A program made the translations under genes and the position numbers. The notes under the pieces are model-generated. The model saw only the letters and a program-made list of their open reading frames with translations. It was not told where the DNA came from and ran no database searches. A stretch of DNA of 64,000 nucleotides from Synechococcus sp. UW140 (lineage in GTDB: Bacteria; Bacteroidota; Ignavibacteria; UBA10030; UBA8401): the NCBI GenBank assembly GCA_943364975.1, contig CALRIY020000004.1, positions 5,736 through 69,735 of the forward strand. Reading direction: 5' to 3'. Shown one piece after another: positions 55,653-63,336 of the stretch. Numbering within the stretch: the first letter of the stretch is position 1; the number at the start of each line of letters is the position of its first letter.

Positions 55653-57698
55653 CTACATTAAATAATCCTTCAGCCAGTCGAAGATGGTGTTGTGCCACAT
55701 TTCGGAGTTCTGCGGTTTCAGCACCCAGTGTCCCTCATCCGGGAAGTAGAGGAGTTTGGAAGGGATCCCTTTCCGCTGGAGCGTGGTGAAGAGGGAAAAT
55801 CCTTCGCCGACCGGAACACGGTAATCCAGTTCGCCGTGGATGATGAGTGTGGGGGTCTTGAAATTCTGCGCATATTTATGCGGGGAGAATTTATCGTAGT
55901 CCGGAGTTTCCCACGGAATGCCGTGCTCCCATTCGTCGAACCAGGTCTCTTCCGTGACGCCGTACATGGAATGGAAATTATAGACGCCGTCGTGACAGAT
56001 GAGTGTCTTGAATTTATCGGTGTGACCGTTCAGCCAGTTCATCATGTAGCCGCCGTAGCTTGCACCCGCTGCCGCCATCCTGTTCACATCCACGTACGGC
56101 TGTTTCTCCATGTATGCCACGCCGTTCATCACATCGGTAAAGACCTTTCCTCCCCAATCGCGGGAGATCTCGTCGGTGAACTGCTGTCCGAATCCTGTTG
56201 ACCCGCGGGGATTCGGAAGAGCGACGACATATCCCTGCGCGGCCCAGAGCTGCTGATTCCAGCGGTAGGACCATCCGTTGCCGAACGCTCCCTGCGGTCC
56301 GCCGTGCACCCAGTAGACGAGCGGATATTTCTTCGTGCCGTCGAAGAACGGCGGCTTCACGATCCACATCTGCACCTTCGTTCCGTTCGCTCCTTCGAAC
56401 CAGACATATTCCGGATCGTTCATTTCGACATGGGAGAAGAGCTGATCGTTCACGCGGGTGAGCGCTTTGGCGTTCGCGCCGCCGATCCCGGAGGACCAGA
56501 TCTCGACAGGACGGGACATTGTCTGATGTGCGAAGATGAGCATCTTTCCGTCCGGAGAAATGTTCACATCGGAATTATTCGCGTTGTCGAACACTTTCTT
56601 CACGGTTCCATCCAGGGTAATGGACCAGAGCGGAACATTCGCCTTCTCTTCGGCGGATGTATACAGCGTCTTGTTATCCTTTCCCCAGACGAATGCATCG
56701 ACATTGGTATCGAATGTGGACGAAATGCTTTTTGTTGTTCCGGCTGTGCGGTCATACAGCATCAGCTGCCAGCGGTCGGCCTCAAAACCGGGACGCGCCT
56801 GCGCACGGTACGCGATATATTTTCCGTTCGGTGAGTATTGCGGATAGACATCGGCGGCGGGATTCGTCGTGATCTGTTTTCTCTCTCCGGTGGCAAGATT
56901 CACCGTGAGGATGTCATGATTGGTGCTCCATGATTCCTCGCGGACGGGAATAGGAGTCGCTGTGTAGGCGATCTCTTTTCCATCCGGCGAAAAACTGAAA
57001 TCGTCCCCGGTGGAGAAGGTGGACGAGGTCGGGACGGCATCACGGTCACCGGGAGTGACGTTGCGAGGGTTCGTTCCGTCCGCATTCATTACGAAGATGT
57101 GCTGACGTTTATCATCGACCCAGCTGTTCCAATGGCGATAGAGAAGCTTGGTGATGACGCGTGCATTCATCTTGCTGTTGTCGCGTCCTTCCTGTTTCTG
57201 TTTGTTCAGCGCGTCGGCTTCGGCGTACGGTTTCTCGGAGAACTCGGGGAAGACTGCGGAAACGAAACCGAGCTGTTTCCCGTCCGGGGACCAGATGGCG
57301 CCGCTTGCTTCGCTGAAGATGGAGGTCACTTGTTTCGTTTCACCCGTGGCGACATTGATGGTGAAGATCTGCAGCGAGCCGTTCCGGTTGGATTCGAAGG
57401 CGATCAGTTTTCCGTCCGGCGACCAGCGGGGATGACGGTCCGCTTTCGGAGAATTGGTGAGCTGTTTCGCTTCGCCGCCGCCGGCAGGGACGAGCCAGAT
57501 ATCGGTGTTGGTGCGATTGGCGGCTTTATCCACCACACCGACAACGTATGCAACGGTTTTACCGTCGGGCGAGAGCTGCGGATCACTCACACGTTTGATG
57601 TTGAACATATCCTCGAGCTGCAGCGGGCGTTTGGTCTGCGCCTGCAGAGAGAAGACCGCCGTTAAGAACAGAACGATCAATACAATACTGCGTTTCAT
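55653..57698 (-). CDS. S9-family prolyl oligopeptidase/dipeptidyl aminopeptidase with N-terminal beta-propeller
   Basis: Start at 57698 gives signal peptide MKRSIVLIVLFLTAVFSLQAQ. Repeated SPDGK propeller blades; nucleophile elbow GASYGGYM; distal GELDYRVP and DEGH. Confidence 0.85.
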   Translation of the reverse strand: MKRSIVLIVLFLTAVFSLQAQTKRPLQLEDMFNIKRVSDPQLSPDGKTVAYVVGVVDKAANRTNTDIWLVPAGGGEAKQLTNSPKADRHPRWSPDGKLIAFESNRNGSLQIFTINVATGETKQVTSIFSEASGAIWSPDGKQLGFVSAVFPEFSEKPYAEADALNKQKQEGRDNSKMNARVITKLLYRHWNSWVDDKRQHIFVMNADGTNPRNVTPGDRDAVPTSSTFSTGDDFSFSPDGKEIAYTATPIPVREESWSTNHDILTVNLATGERKQITTNPAADVYPQYSPNGKYIAYRAQARPGFEADRWQLMLYDRTAGTTKSISSTFDTNVDAFVWGKDNKTLYTSAEEKANVPLWSITLDGTVKKVFDNANNSDVNISPDGKMLIFAHQTMSRPVEIWSSGIGGANAKALTRVNDQLFSHVEMNDPEYVWFEGANGTKVQMWIVKPPFFDGTKKYPLVYWVHGGPQGAFGNGWSYRWNQQLWAAQGYVVALPNPRGSTGFGQQFTDEISRDWGGKVFTDVMNGVAYMEKQPYVDVNRMAAAGASYGGYMMNWLNGHTDKFKTLICHDGVYNFHSMYGVTEETWFDEWEHGIPWETPDYDKFSPHKYAQNFKTPTLIIHGELDYRVPVGEGFSLFTTLQRKGIPSKLLYFPDEGHWVLKPQNSEMWHNTIFDWLKDYLM

Positions 57699-57826
57699 AC
57701 ATTCCTCAATGAGATGGGAAAATAATTGTGAAGTAAAGTAGCGGAAAAATGGGTGAGAGGCAAAAACAAAAACGGGGGTATACTTTTCGGTCTTTACGAT
57801 CTTCAACCAAACCAGTGAAGAGCTTC

Positions 57827-57897
57827 GCCACAAAGGTGTAGAACTGTTTAGTGAGCATTATTTCTTACACAAATTTGTGCTTAGGTGCCTTTGTGGC
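57827..57897. repeat. GCCACA-family hairpin downstream of dcd
   Basis: GCCACAAAGG (57827-57836) pairs with CCTTTGTGGC (57888-57897). The interior contains the 12-bp palindrome CACAAATTTGTG. Confidence 0.6.
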
Positions 57898-57907
57898 AAT
57901 TGACGAA

Positions 57908-58447
57908 CTATTTTTTAAAATTTTTCCACATCATCGATTCCACCGGTTTGATCGTCCTGCCGTTATACTTTGCATTCTTCTTTTTATTATAGAGCACTTC
58001 CACTTCGCCGTCCACAGTGAAATAGATCAACTGTCCGATCGGCATCCCTGCATACACTTTTACCGGCTGGCGGACGGAGATCTCGAGGGTCCATGTATTG
58101 CAGAATCCGATATCTCCTTTTCCCGCCGTGGCGTGGATATCGATGCCGAGTCTGCCGATGGAGCTTTTTCCTTCCAGGAAGGGGACATGCGCATGCGACT
58201 CGGTGTATTCTTCGGTGACGCCGAGATATAGTTTGCTTGGAACGAGGATCAATCCATCAGAAGGGATCTCGAAATGTCGAACCTTGTTGTGGACCTTCGC
58301 ATCGAGGATCTCATCCTCGTACATCGCAAGGTATTTTCCAAGATGCACATCATAGCTGTTCGAGCCGAGAAATTTCCGGTCGAACGGAGTGATCACAATG
58401 GTCCCTTTATGCATTTCATCGAGGATCTTTTTGTCGGAGAGGATCAT
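57908..58447 (-). CDS. dcd: dCTP deaminase
   Basis: MILSDKKILDEM...ITPFD...GSNSYDVHLG and the catalytic region EGKSSIGRLGI; 179 aa. Confidence 0.85.
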   Translation of the reverse strand: MILSDKKILDEMHKGTIVITPFDRKFLGSNSYDVHLGKYLAMYEDEILDAKVHNKVRHFEIPSDGLILVPSKLYLGVTEEYTESHAHVPFLEGKSSIGRLGIDIHATAGKGDIGFCNTWTLEISVRQPVKVYAGMPIGQLIYFTVDGEVEVLYNKKKNAKYNGRTIKPVESMMWKNFKK

Positions 58448-58468
58448 AAGAGCAATGAATAATTAATA

Positions 58469-58510
58469 ATGGAGAATGTAGAATGTAGAATGAAGAATGT
58501 AAATGTGGAG
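58469..58510. repeat. heptamer tandem repeat (ATGNAGA)x6
   Basis: atggaga atgtaga atgtaga atgaaga atgtaaa tgtggag, located 22-63 nt upstream of the dcd start. Confidence 0.8.
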
Positions 58511-58735
58511 GAAATATACGAAAAACGGGATGAGAATAAATTGAAAAACAAAAACATCAATATCCTCAATGAATATCATATTTATTTGTATCCCCGTGGG
58601 CATTTCCTACACGGTTCACGGTCTTTTAAGCATGACCGAAGCGGAATAAATAATCCTCCACAAAAAAACTGCAGATACATTTCCTATAGACAAAAACAAA
58701 TCGGACAACGTGCTCTGTTGTGTGATTTAGATTCC

Positions 58736-58764
58736 TTGACTACCCGTGAAAAAAGGGATACTTT
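58736..58764 (+). promoter_or_regulatory. sigma-70-like promoter of T9SS paralog 1
   Basis: TTGACT (58736-58741), 17-nt spacer, TACTTT (58759-58764). The same architecture and flanks (cTTGACTAC...AAAAAAGGnATA) occur at 60734-60762. Confidence 0.45.
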
Positions 58765-58776
58765 TTAACAGATAAA

Positions 58777-58855
58777 ATGAGCAGTCGAATTATCCTGACT
58801 CTCTCTAACATCCCTCCCGGGACCTCCCCATCCCCCGAGTCTTGTTAGCTCTCAG
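58777..58855 (+). promoter_or_regulatory. conserved leader element, copy A (candidate 5' UTR RNA or operator)
   Basis: Blocks ATGAGCAGTC (58777-86), GACTCTCTCTAACATCCC (58797-814) and TGTTAGCTCTCAG (58843-55) are identical to copy B. The sequence between the blocks is unrelated. Confidence 0.55.
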
Positions 58856-58949
58856 AAACGTGTTCGCCTTATCGACACCTCTGACGCTGATAAGCAATCA
58901 TGTGTCGAAGCAGCGGATCCTCATCACACATATTCCCCCAGGAGGGACA

Positions 58950-60485
58950 ATGAAATATTTCTATCTCTTTTTTCTCCTCACCACATTCCTTGCGGCACAG
59001 ATCACTGTTGTTTCCACCGTGCCGGCCAACAACGCGAAGAATATTCCGCTGACAACGACACTCAGCGTAACATTCAGCGAAGCGCTGGATACGGTGGCGA
59101 TGGAGAACAACAACAACGGTGATTCACAATTCTCCAATGTCGACAGTGTCTTGTTCCATTGGTACAGTGCCGATGCAAAGACGATGTATGCCAAAGTGGT
59201 GTTGAAAGCCGGCGAACCGTATTTTATTGCTTTTATGTATGTGAAAGCAAAATCGGGTGCAATTCTTACCACTCCTTTTGTCACCTATTTTACAACAGGA
59301 GCGGACTTCCCGCCGTACTCTGTGAGCGGAACAGTCTCTTCGGGATCATCGGGAGTATTGCCGGAAGGTTCCGTCGTTGGACTAGCATCGAAGAATGTCA
59401 TGGAAGAAGAGGGAGGAGGGGGACCCCCGCCGTTTGTTGGCTGGACCAATGTGAACAGCAACGGTACATTCACTGTTCCGTATTTGAAGAACGGTACATA
59501 CTGGCCGATCGCTGTTAAGGATGCCGATCATGATGGATCCATCAAACCGGAAGGTGGAGCTGATGCGTTCGCCTTCGGCGATTCGATCATCATTAAGGAC
59601 GGATCGTTCACCAATCTGAATTTGACCTTTATCAAAATGTCGCCGACGATGCTGCATGAAGTGATCGCTGATGCCGAAACGCTTGCCATGAAGAATCTCC
59701 CGGTGGACCGTGTGCTGAGAAGGGTCTCCGGGTATGATGTGGATACACTCGGCCGCTGCAGCGGATGGGAATTCATCTACTCCATCAACGGGAATACGCA
59801 GGGGAAAGGGGTCCGTGTCGGCAATTTCGACAACAAAGTGTACGACATTGACTATAATTATTTCAACTGGATCCAAATGATGAAACCGATCACCGGTCTG
59901 AAGTCCGCAGCGACCAGCGCAACGGTCATTGCAAGCGCGGATAATGCAGGAGGAAAATTATTCCGCAAACTTCCCGTGCCCCCCGGGGCGGAAATGCGTG
60001 TGGAACTGTCGATGAATGATGCCACCAGAGGGTGGTTCGGAGGCGGTCCCGGCGGATATGACACCAACAAGATCTATTGGAATGTCGCCTACGTTCATAA
60101 TGTTCAGGTGACGAACGATTCTTCGAATTGGATCGACGGCGTCTTCTATCTCTGCGACTTGAGCACGGGAGCGGTGATCGCTTCCCGGACGATGGGTGTC
60201 GGTACGGAAGGAGTCCTCCCGTCGGAATACTCTCTGATGCAGAATTTCCCGAATCCCTTCAATCCTGCCACGAGTATCCGTTTCGTGCTGCCGGTCTCCG
60301 GCCGGACGACGCTGAAGGTGTACGATCTGCTCGGACGCGAAGTGGCGGAACTGGTGAACGAGAGAATGGAAGCAGGCGAATATACCGTTCCGTTCAATGC
60401 GCAGAAGCTGACGAGCGGTGTCTATTTCTATCAGCTCAGGAGCGGTACGTATGTTGAGACGAAAAGGATGATGCTGGTGAAATAA
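58950..60485 (+). CDS. secreted protein with Ig-like (SbsA-type) N-terminal module and T9SS C-terminal sorting domain, paralog 1
   Basis: ATG at 58950 after GGAGGG; signal peptide MKYFYLFFLLTTFLAAQ; ITVVSTVPANNAKNIPLTTTLSVTFSEALD; C-terminal LMQNFPNPFNPATSIRF...GVYFYQL. Confidence 0.8.
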   Translation: MKYFYLFFLLTTFLAAQITVVSTVPANNAKNIPLTTTLSVTFSEALDTVAMENNNNGDSQFSNVDSVLFHWYSADAKTMYAKVVLKAGEPYFIAFMYVKAKSGAILTTPFVTYFTTGADFPPYSVSGTVSSGSSGVLPEGSVVGLASKNVMEEEGGGGPPPFVGWTNVNSNGTFTVPYLKNGTYWPIAVKDADHDGSIKPEGGADAFAFGDSIIIKDGSFTNLNLTFIKMSPTMLHEVIADAETLAMKNLPVDRVLRRVSGYDVDTLGRCSGWEFIYSINGNTQGKGVRVGNFDNKVYDIDYNYFNWIQMMKPITGLKSAATSATVIASADNAGGKLFRKLPVPPGAEMRVELSMNDATRGWFGGGPGGYDTNKIYWNVAYVHNVQVTNDSSNWIDGVFYLCDLSTGAVIASRTMGVGTEGVLPSEYSLMQNFPNPFNPATSIRFVLPVSGRTTLKVYDLLGREVAELVNERMEAGEYTVPFNAQKLTSGVYFYQLRSGTYVETKRMMLVK

Positions 60486-60529
60486 AAACATTCACCACAG
60501 AGGGCACGGAGAACACGGAGAATTTTGTA

Positions 60530-60574
60530 GGGGCGGACTTCCCGCCACAAAAACAGCGGGTAAACAGTCCGCCC
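60530..60574. repeat. inverted-repeat-bounded segment, orientation 1
   Basis: GGGGCGGAC ... GTCCGCCC enclosing ttcccgccacaaaaacagcgggtaaaca. This interior is the reverse complement (about 80% identity) of the interior at 63182-63211. Confidence 0.7.
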
Positions 60575-60584
60575 ATTGTAAAAA

Positions 60585-60624
60585 AAAACACCTTCCAGGT
60601 CTTCAAGACCTGGAAGGTGTTTTT
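60585..60624 (+). terminator. intrinsic terminator hairpin (GTCTTnAAGAC palindrome family)
   Basis: AAAACACCTTCCAGGTCTTcAAGACCTGGAAGGTGTTTT. Confidence 0.8.
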
Positions 60625-60733
60625 GCGTTTCAGGTAACCGTACGAAGGTTTCAAAAGATGTGCAAAATAAACTTCGTAAGGTTACGGACGTATTGCTAAC
60701 GGACAAATCAGTCCGCTGTGTGACGAATGACGC

Positions 60734-60762
60734 TTGACTACTCTGCAAAAAAGGAATAATTT
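60734..60762 (+). promoter_or_regulatory. sigma-70-like promoter of T9SS paralog 2
   Basis: TTGACT (60734-60739), 17-nt spacer, TAATTT (60757-60762). Confidence 0.45.
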
Positions 60763-60777
60763 AAAAATAGAAAAATT

Positions 60778-60855
60778 ATGAGCAGTCCCCTCAGCGGGAC
60801 TCTCTCTAACATCCCACGCGATCTTCGTTCTTCCACGGGCTGTGTTAGCTCTCAG
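60778..60855 (+). promoter_or_regulatory. conserved leader element, copy B
   Basis: Blocks ATGAGCAGTC (60778-87), GACTCTCTCTAACATCCC (60798-815) and TGTTAGCTCTCAG (60843-55). The first hairpin is extended to AGTCCC/GGGACT. Confidence 0.55.
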
Positions 60856-60959
60856 GTTGGTGTTTGTTATCTCGGCACGACTGAAAGTTCACTATCGCTT
60901 CTGCGCCGGTCATAACATACCAGTACTCCCACTTCACAATCATCCCTTGAGGGGGCTCT

Positions 60960-63128
60960 ATGAAAAAACTATTCCCATTATTCCTGTTGATGATCTGCAC
61001 AGGAATGCTCTTCGCTCAGTTCTCGGTCGTCTCCGTCCAGCCGGCGAACAATGCGGTGAACGTTCCTCTGCAGACAACGATCAGCATCACATTCAGTGAA
61101 CCGATCGATACCAACGCCATGAACGATGGCGGCGACGACTCCTGGTACACCAATATCGACAGCATGGTATCGTACGGATATAGTGCGGACCAAAAGACGG
61201 CATGGAGTACCCATGTGCTAAAACCGAACACGGCGTACTTCTTCGCGTTCTCGTTTGTCAAAGCAAAATCCGGCGCCGTCATTACAACGCCGCATGTCTA
61301 TTATTTCACCACCGGCGCAGCCTTCCCGGCGTATTCGGTCAGCGGAACGATCTCCGCGGGAACAATCGGCATCGATCCTGCCGGTTCGGTGGTGGCATTG
61401 TCTACCGTGAATTTTATGGAACAGGAGACCGACGGTCCGCCGCCGTTCGGGGGCTGGGCAAATGTGAATCCGAACGGGACGTACACCATTCCGTATGTGC
61501 CGAACGGAAAATACTGGCCGCTGGTGGCAAAAGATGTGAATGGAGACGGCAGACTTAATCCGGGACAGAGCGGTGATGTTGTTGTGATGGGGGATTCCAT
61601 CATCGTGAACAATGCATCGCTGACGAATGTGAATATGTCCTTCTTCTCCATTCTCTCCGTAGTACCGGCGAACGAAGCCATGAATGTTCCGCTGAATACC
61701 ACGATCAGTATTACGTTCAGCGAACCGATCGACGAAGAAGCGATGCAGAACAGCCAGGATAATTGGTTCACCAGTGTTGACAGTGTTGTGTCCAGCGGGA
61801 TCAGCGATAACGGAAGGACGATTTGGAGCACGGTGGTGCTGAAACCGAATACGGCCTATTTTATCGCATTCATGTATGTCCGTTCGAAGAACGGATCGGT
61901 GCTGACAAAGCCGCAAATGTTCTACTTCACAACCGGACCGGCATTTCCGACAACATCGGTGAGCGGCACAGTCTTATCCGGCTCCACCGGTGTTCCTCCC
62001 GGAGGGGCTATTGTGGGATTGGCGAAGATCGACTTTCTCAATCAGAAGACCGATGGTCCTCCGCCGTTCGGAGGGTGGGGTCAGGTGAATGCCAACGGTA
62101 CGTTCACAATTCCGTACGTGGCGAACGGAACATACTGGCCGCTGGCGGCAAAAGATGTCAACGGCGACGGTGAATTGGATCCGGACAACGGCGTGGATGT
62201 GATGGCATTCGGCGATTCGATCGTCGTCAATAATGCTTCCGTTACGGGAGTGAATATGACATTCCTCTCGCTTAAACCAAATCTCTTCAGTGATGTGATC
62301 CATACCGCCGACAGTATGGCCGCGGCGCGTTTGCCGGCAGACCGTTCGCTTCGGCGGATCAATGCCTGGGAAGTGGATACGCTTGGAAGGGGACGTTCCT
62401 GGGAATTCGCGTACAGCGTCAATGGGAACACGATGGGAAAGATCATCCGGATCGGCACGATGGACAGACAAGTGGACGATATGGATCCGAATTATTTCCA
62501 ATGGGTCAGCCAGATGAAACCGGTGATCGGGTACGGAACGGCAGCATCCAGTGCAACAGTGATCGCGAATGTTGAAGCGGCCGGCGGTAAGGCGGTACGG
62601 CTGCAGCAGATCCCTTCGCAATGGGAGTTCCGGATCGAACTGACGATGTCCGATCAGAAGAACGGATGGTTCGGCGGACCATTCCCGCCGGATTATGATA
62701 CATCGAAGATCTATTGGGCGGTGGCGTATGCCTATAACCATCACATCTCGAACGAACAAAATGAGTGGATGGGAGGGAAATTATTCCTCTGCGATCTGGC
62801 GACCGGTGCGGTGTTAAAAACAAAACAGATCGTCACGGGTGTGAAAGACCATCCGGATGTTCCGACAGAGTGTACGCTCTCGCAGAATTATCCGAATCCG
62901 TTTAATCCCGTCACAAGCATCACCTTTGCGATCCCAACAGCGAACAACACTTCAATAAAAGTGTACGATATGCTGGGTCAGGAGATCGCCGTGCTGGTGA
63001 ACGAGAAGAAAGATGCCGGAACATATACGGTGCCGTTCTCTGCAGCACATCTGCCGAGCGGAGTGTATTTCTACCGGCTGCAGTCGGGAAGTTATACTCA
63101 GACCAAAAAGATGATGCTTCTCAAGTAA
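60960..63128 (+). CDS. secreted protein with duplicated Ig-like/beta-sandwich N-terminal module and T9SS C-terminal sorting domain, paralog 2
   Basis: Signal peptide MKKLFPLFLLMICTGMLFAQ. Module 1 is ~61017-61643 and module 2 ~61644-62270 (both start FSxxSVxPANxAxNVPLxTTISITFSEPID). The remainder is collinear with paralog 1. C-terminal LSQNYPNPFNPVTSITF...GVYFYRL. Confidence 0.85.
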   Translation: MKKLFPLFLLMICTGMLFAQFSVVSVQPANNAVNVPLQTTISITFSEPIDTNAMNDGGDDSWYTNIDSMVSYGYSADQKTAWSTHVLKPNTAYFFAFSFVKAKSGAVITTPHVYYFTTGAAFPAYSVSGTISAGTIGIDPAGSVVALSTVNFMEQETDGPPPFGGWANVNPNGTYTIPYVPNGKYWPLVAKDVNGDGRLNPGQSGDVVVMGDSIIVNNASLTNVNMSFFSILSVVPANEAMNVPLNTTISITFSEPIDEEAMQNSQDNWFTSVDSVVSSGISDNGRTIWSTVVLKPNTAYFIAFMYVRSKNGSVLTKPQMFYFTTGPAFPTTSVSGTVLSGSTGVPPGGAIVGLAKIDFLNQKTDGPPPFGGWGQVNANGTFTIPYVANGTYWPLAAKDVNGDGELDPDNGVDVMAFGDSIVVNNASVTGVNMTFLSLKPNLFSDVIHTADSMAAARLPADRSLRRINAWEVDTLGRGRSWEFAYSVNGNTMGKIIRIGTMDRQVDDMDPNYFQWVSQMKPVIGYGTAASSATVIANVEAAGGKAVRLQQIPSQWEFRIELTMSDQKNGWFGGPFPPDYDTSKIYWAVAYAYNHHISNEQNEWMGGKLFLCDLATGAVLKTKQIVTGVKDHPDVPTECTLSQNYPNPFNPVTSITFAIPTANNTSIKVYDMLGQEIAVLVNEKKDAGTYTVPFSAAHLPSGVYFYRLQSGSYTQTKKMMLLK

Positions 63129-63172
63129 AAACATTCACCACGGAGGGCACGGAGAACACGGAGAATTTTGGA

Positions 63173-63219
63173 GGGGCGGACAGGTTTACCCGATGTGATT
63201 TTTGGCGGATGGTCCGCCC
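63173..63219. repeat. inverted-repeat-bounded segment, orientation 2
   Basis: GGGGCGGAC ... GTCCGCCC enclosing aggtttacccgatgtgatttttggcggatg, flipped relative to 60539-60566. Confidence 0.7.
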
Positions 63220-63232
63220 TCTGTATTTTTTT

Positions 63233-63269
63233 AAACACCTTCCAGGTCTTGAAGACCTGGAAGGTGTTT
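63233..63269 (+). terminator. intrinsic terminator hairpin (GTCTTnAAGAC palindrome family)
   Basis: AAACACCTTCCAGGTCTTgAAGACCTGGAAGGTGTTT followed by TGCGTTT. Confidence 0.8.
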
Positions 63270-63336
63270 TGCGTTTCCGGAAACCTTGAGAAGGTTAATC
63301 GCAAATTTTTCGAAACCTTCGCAAGGTTTTATTTAA

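Noticed and set aside
58777-58848. Leader peptides MSSRIILTLSNIPPGTSPSPESC (copy A) and MSSPLSGTLSNIP... (copy B) as the reason for leader conservation.
   Set aside because: Conservation is perfect at the nucleotide level, including third codon positions. The third conserved block is read in different frames in the two copies, and no SD precedes the ATG. I kept this as an alternative within the leader finding rather than calling a CDS.
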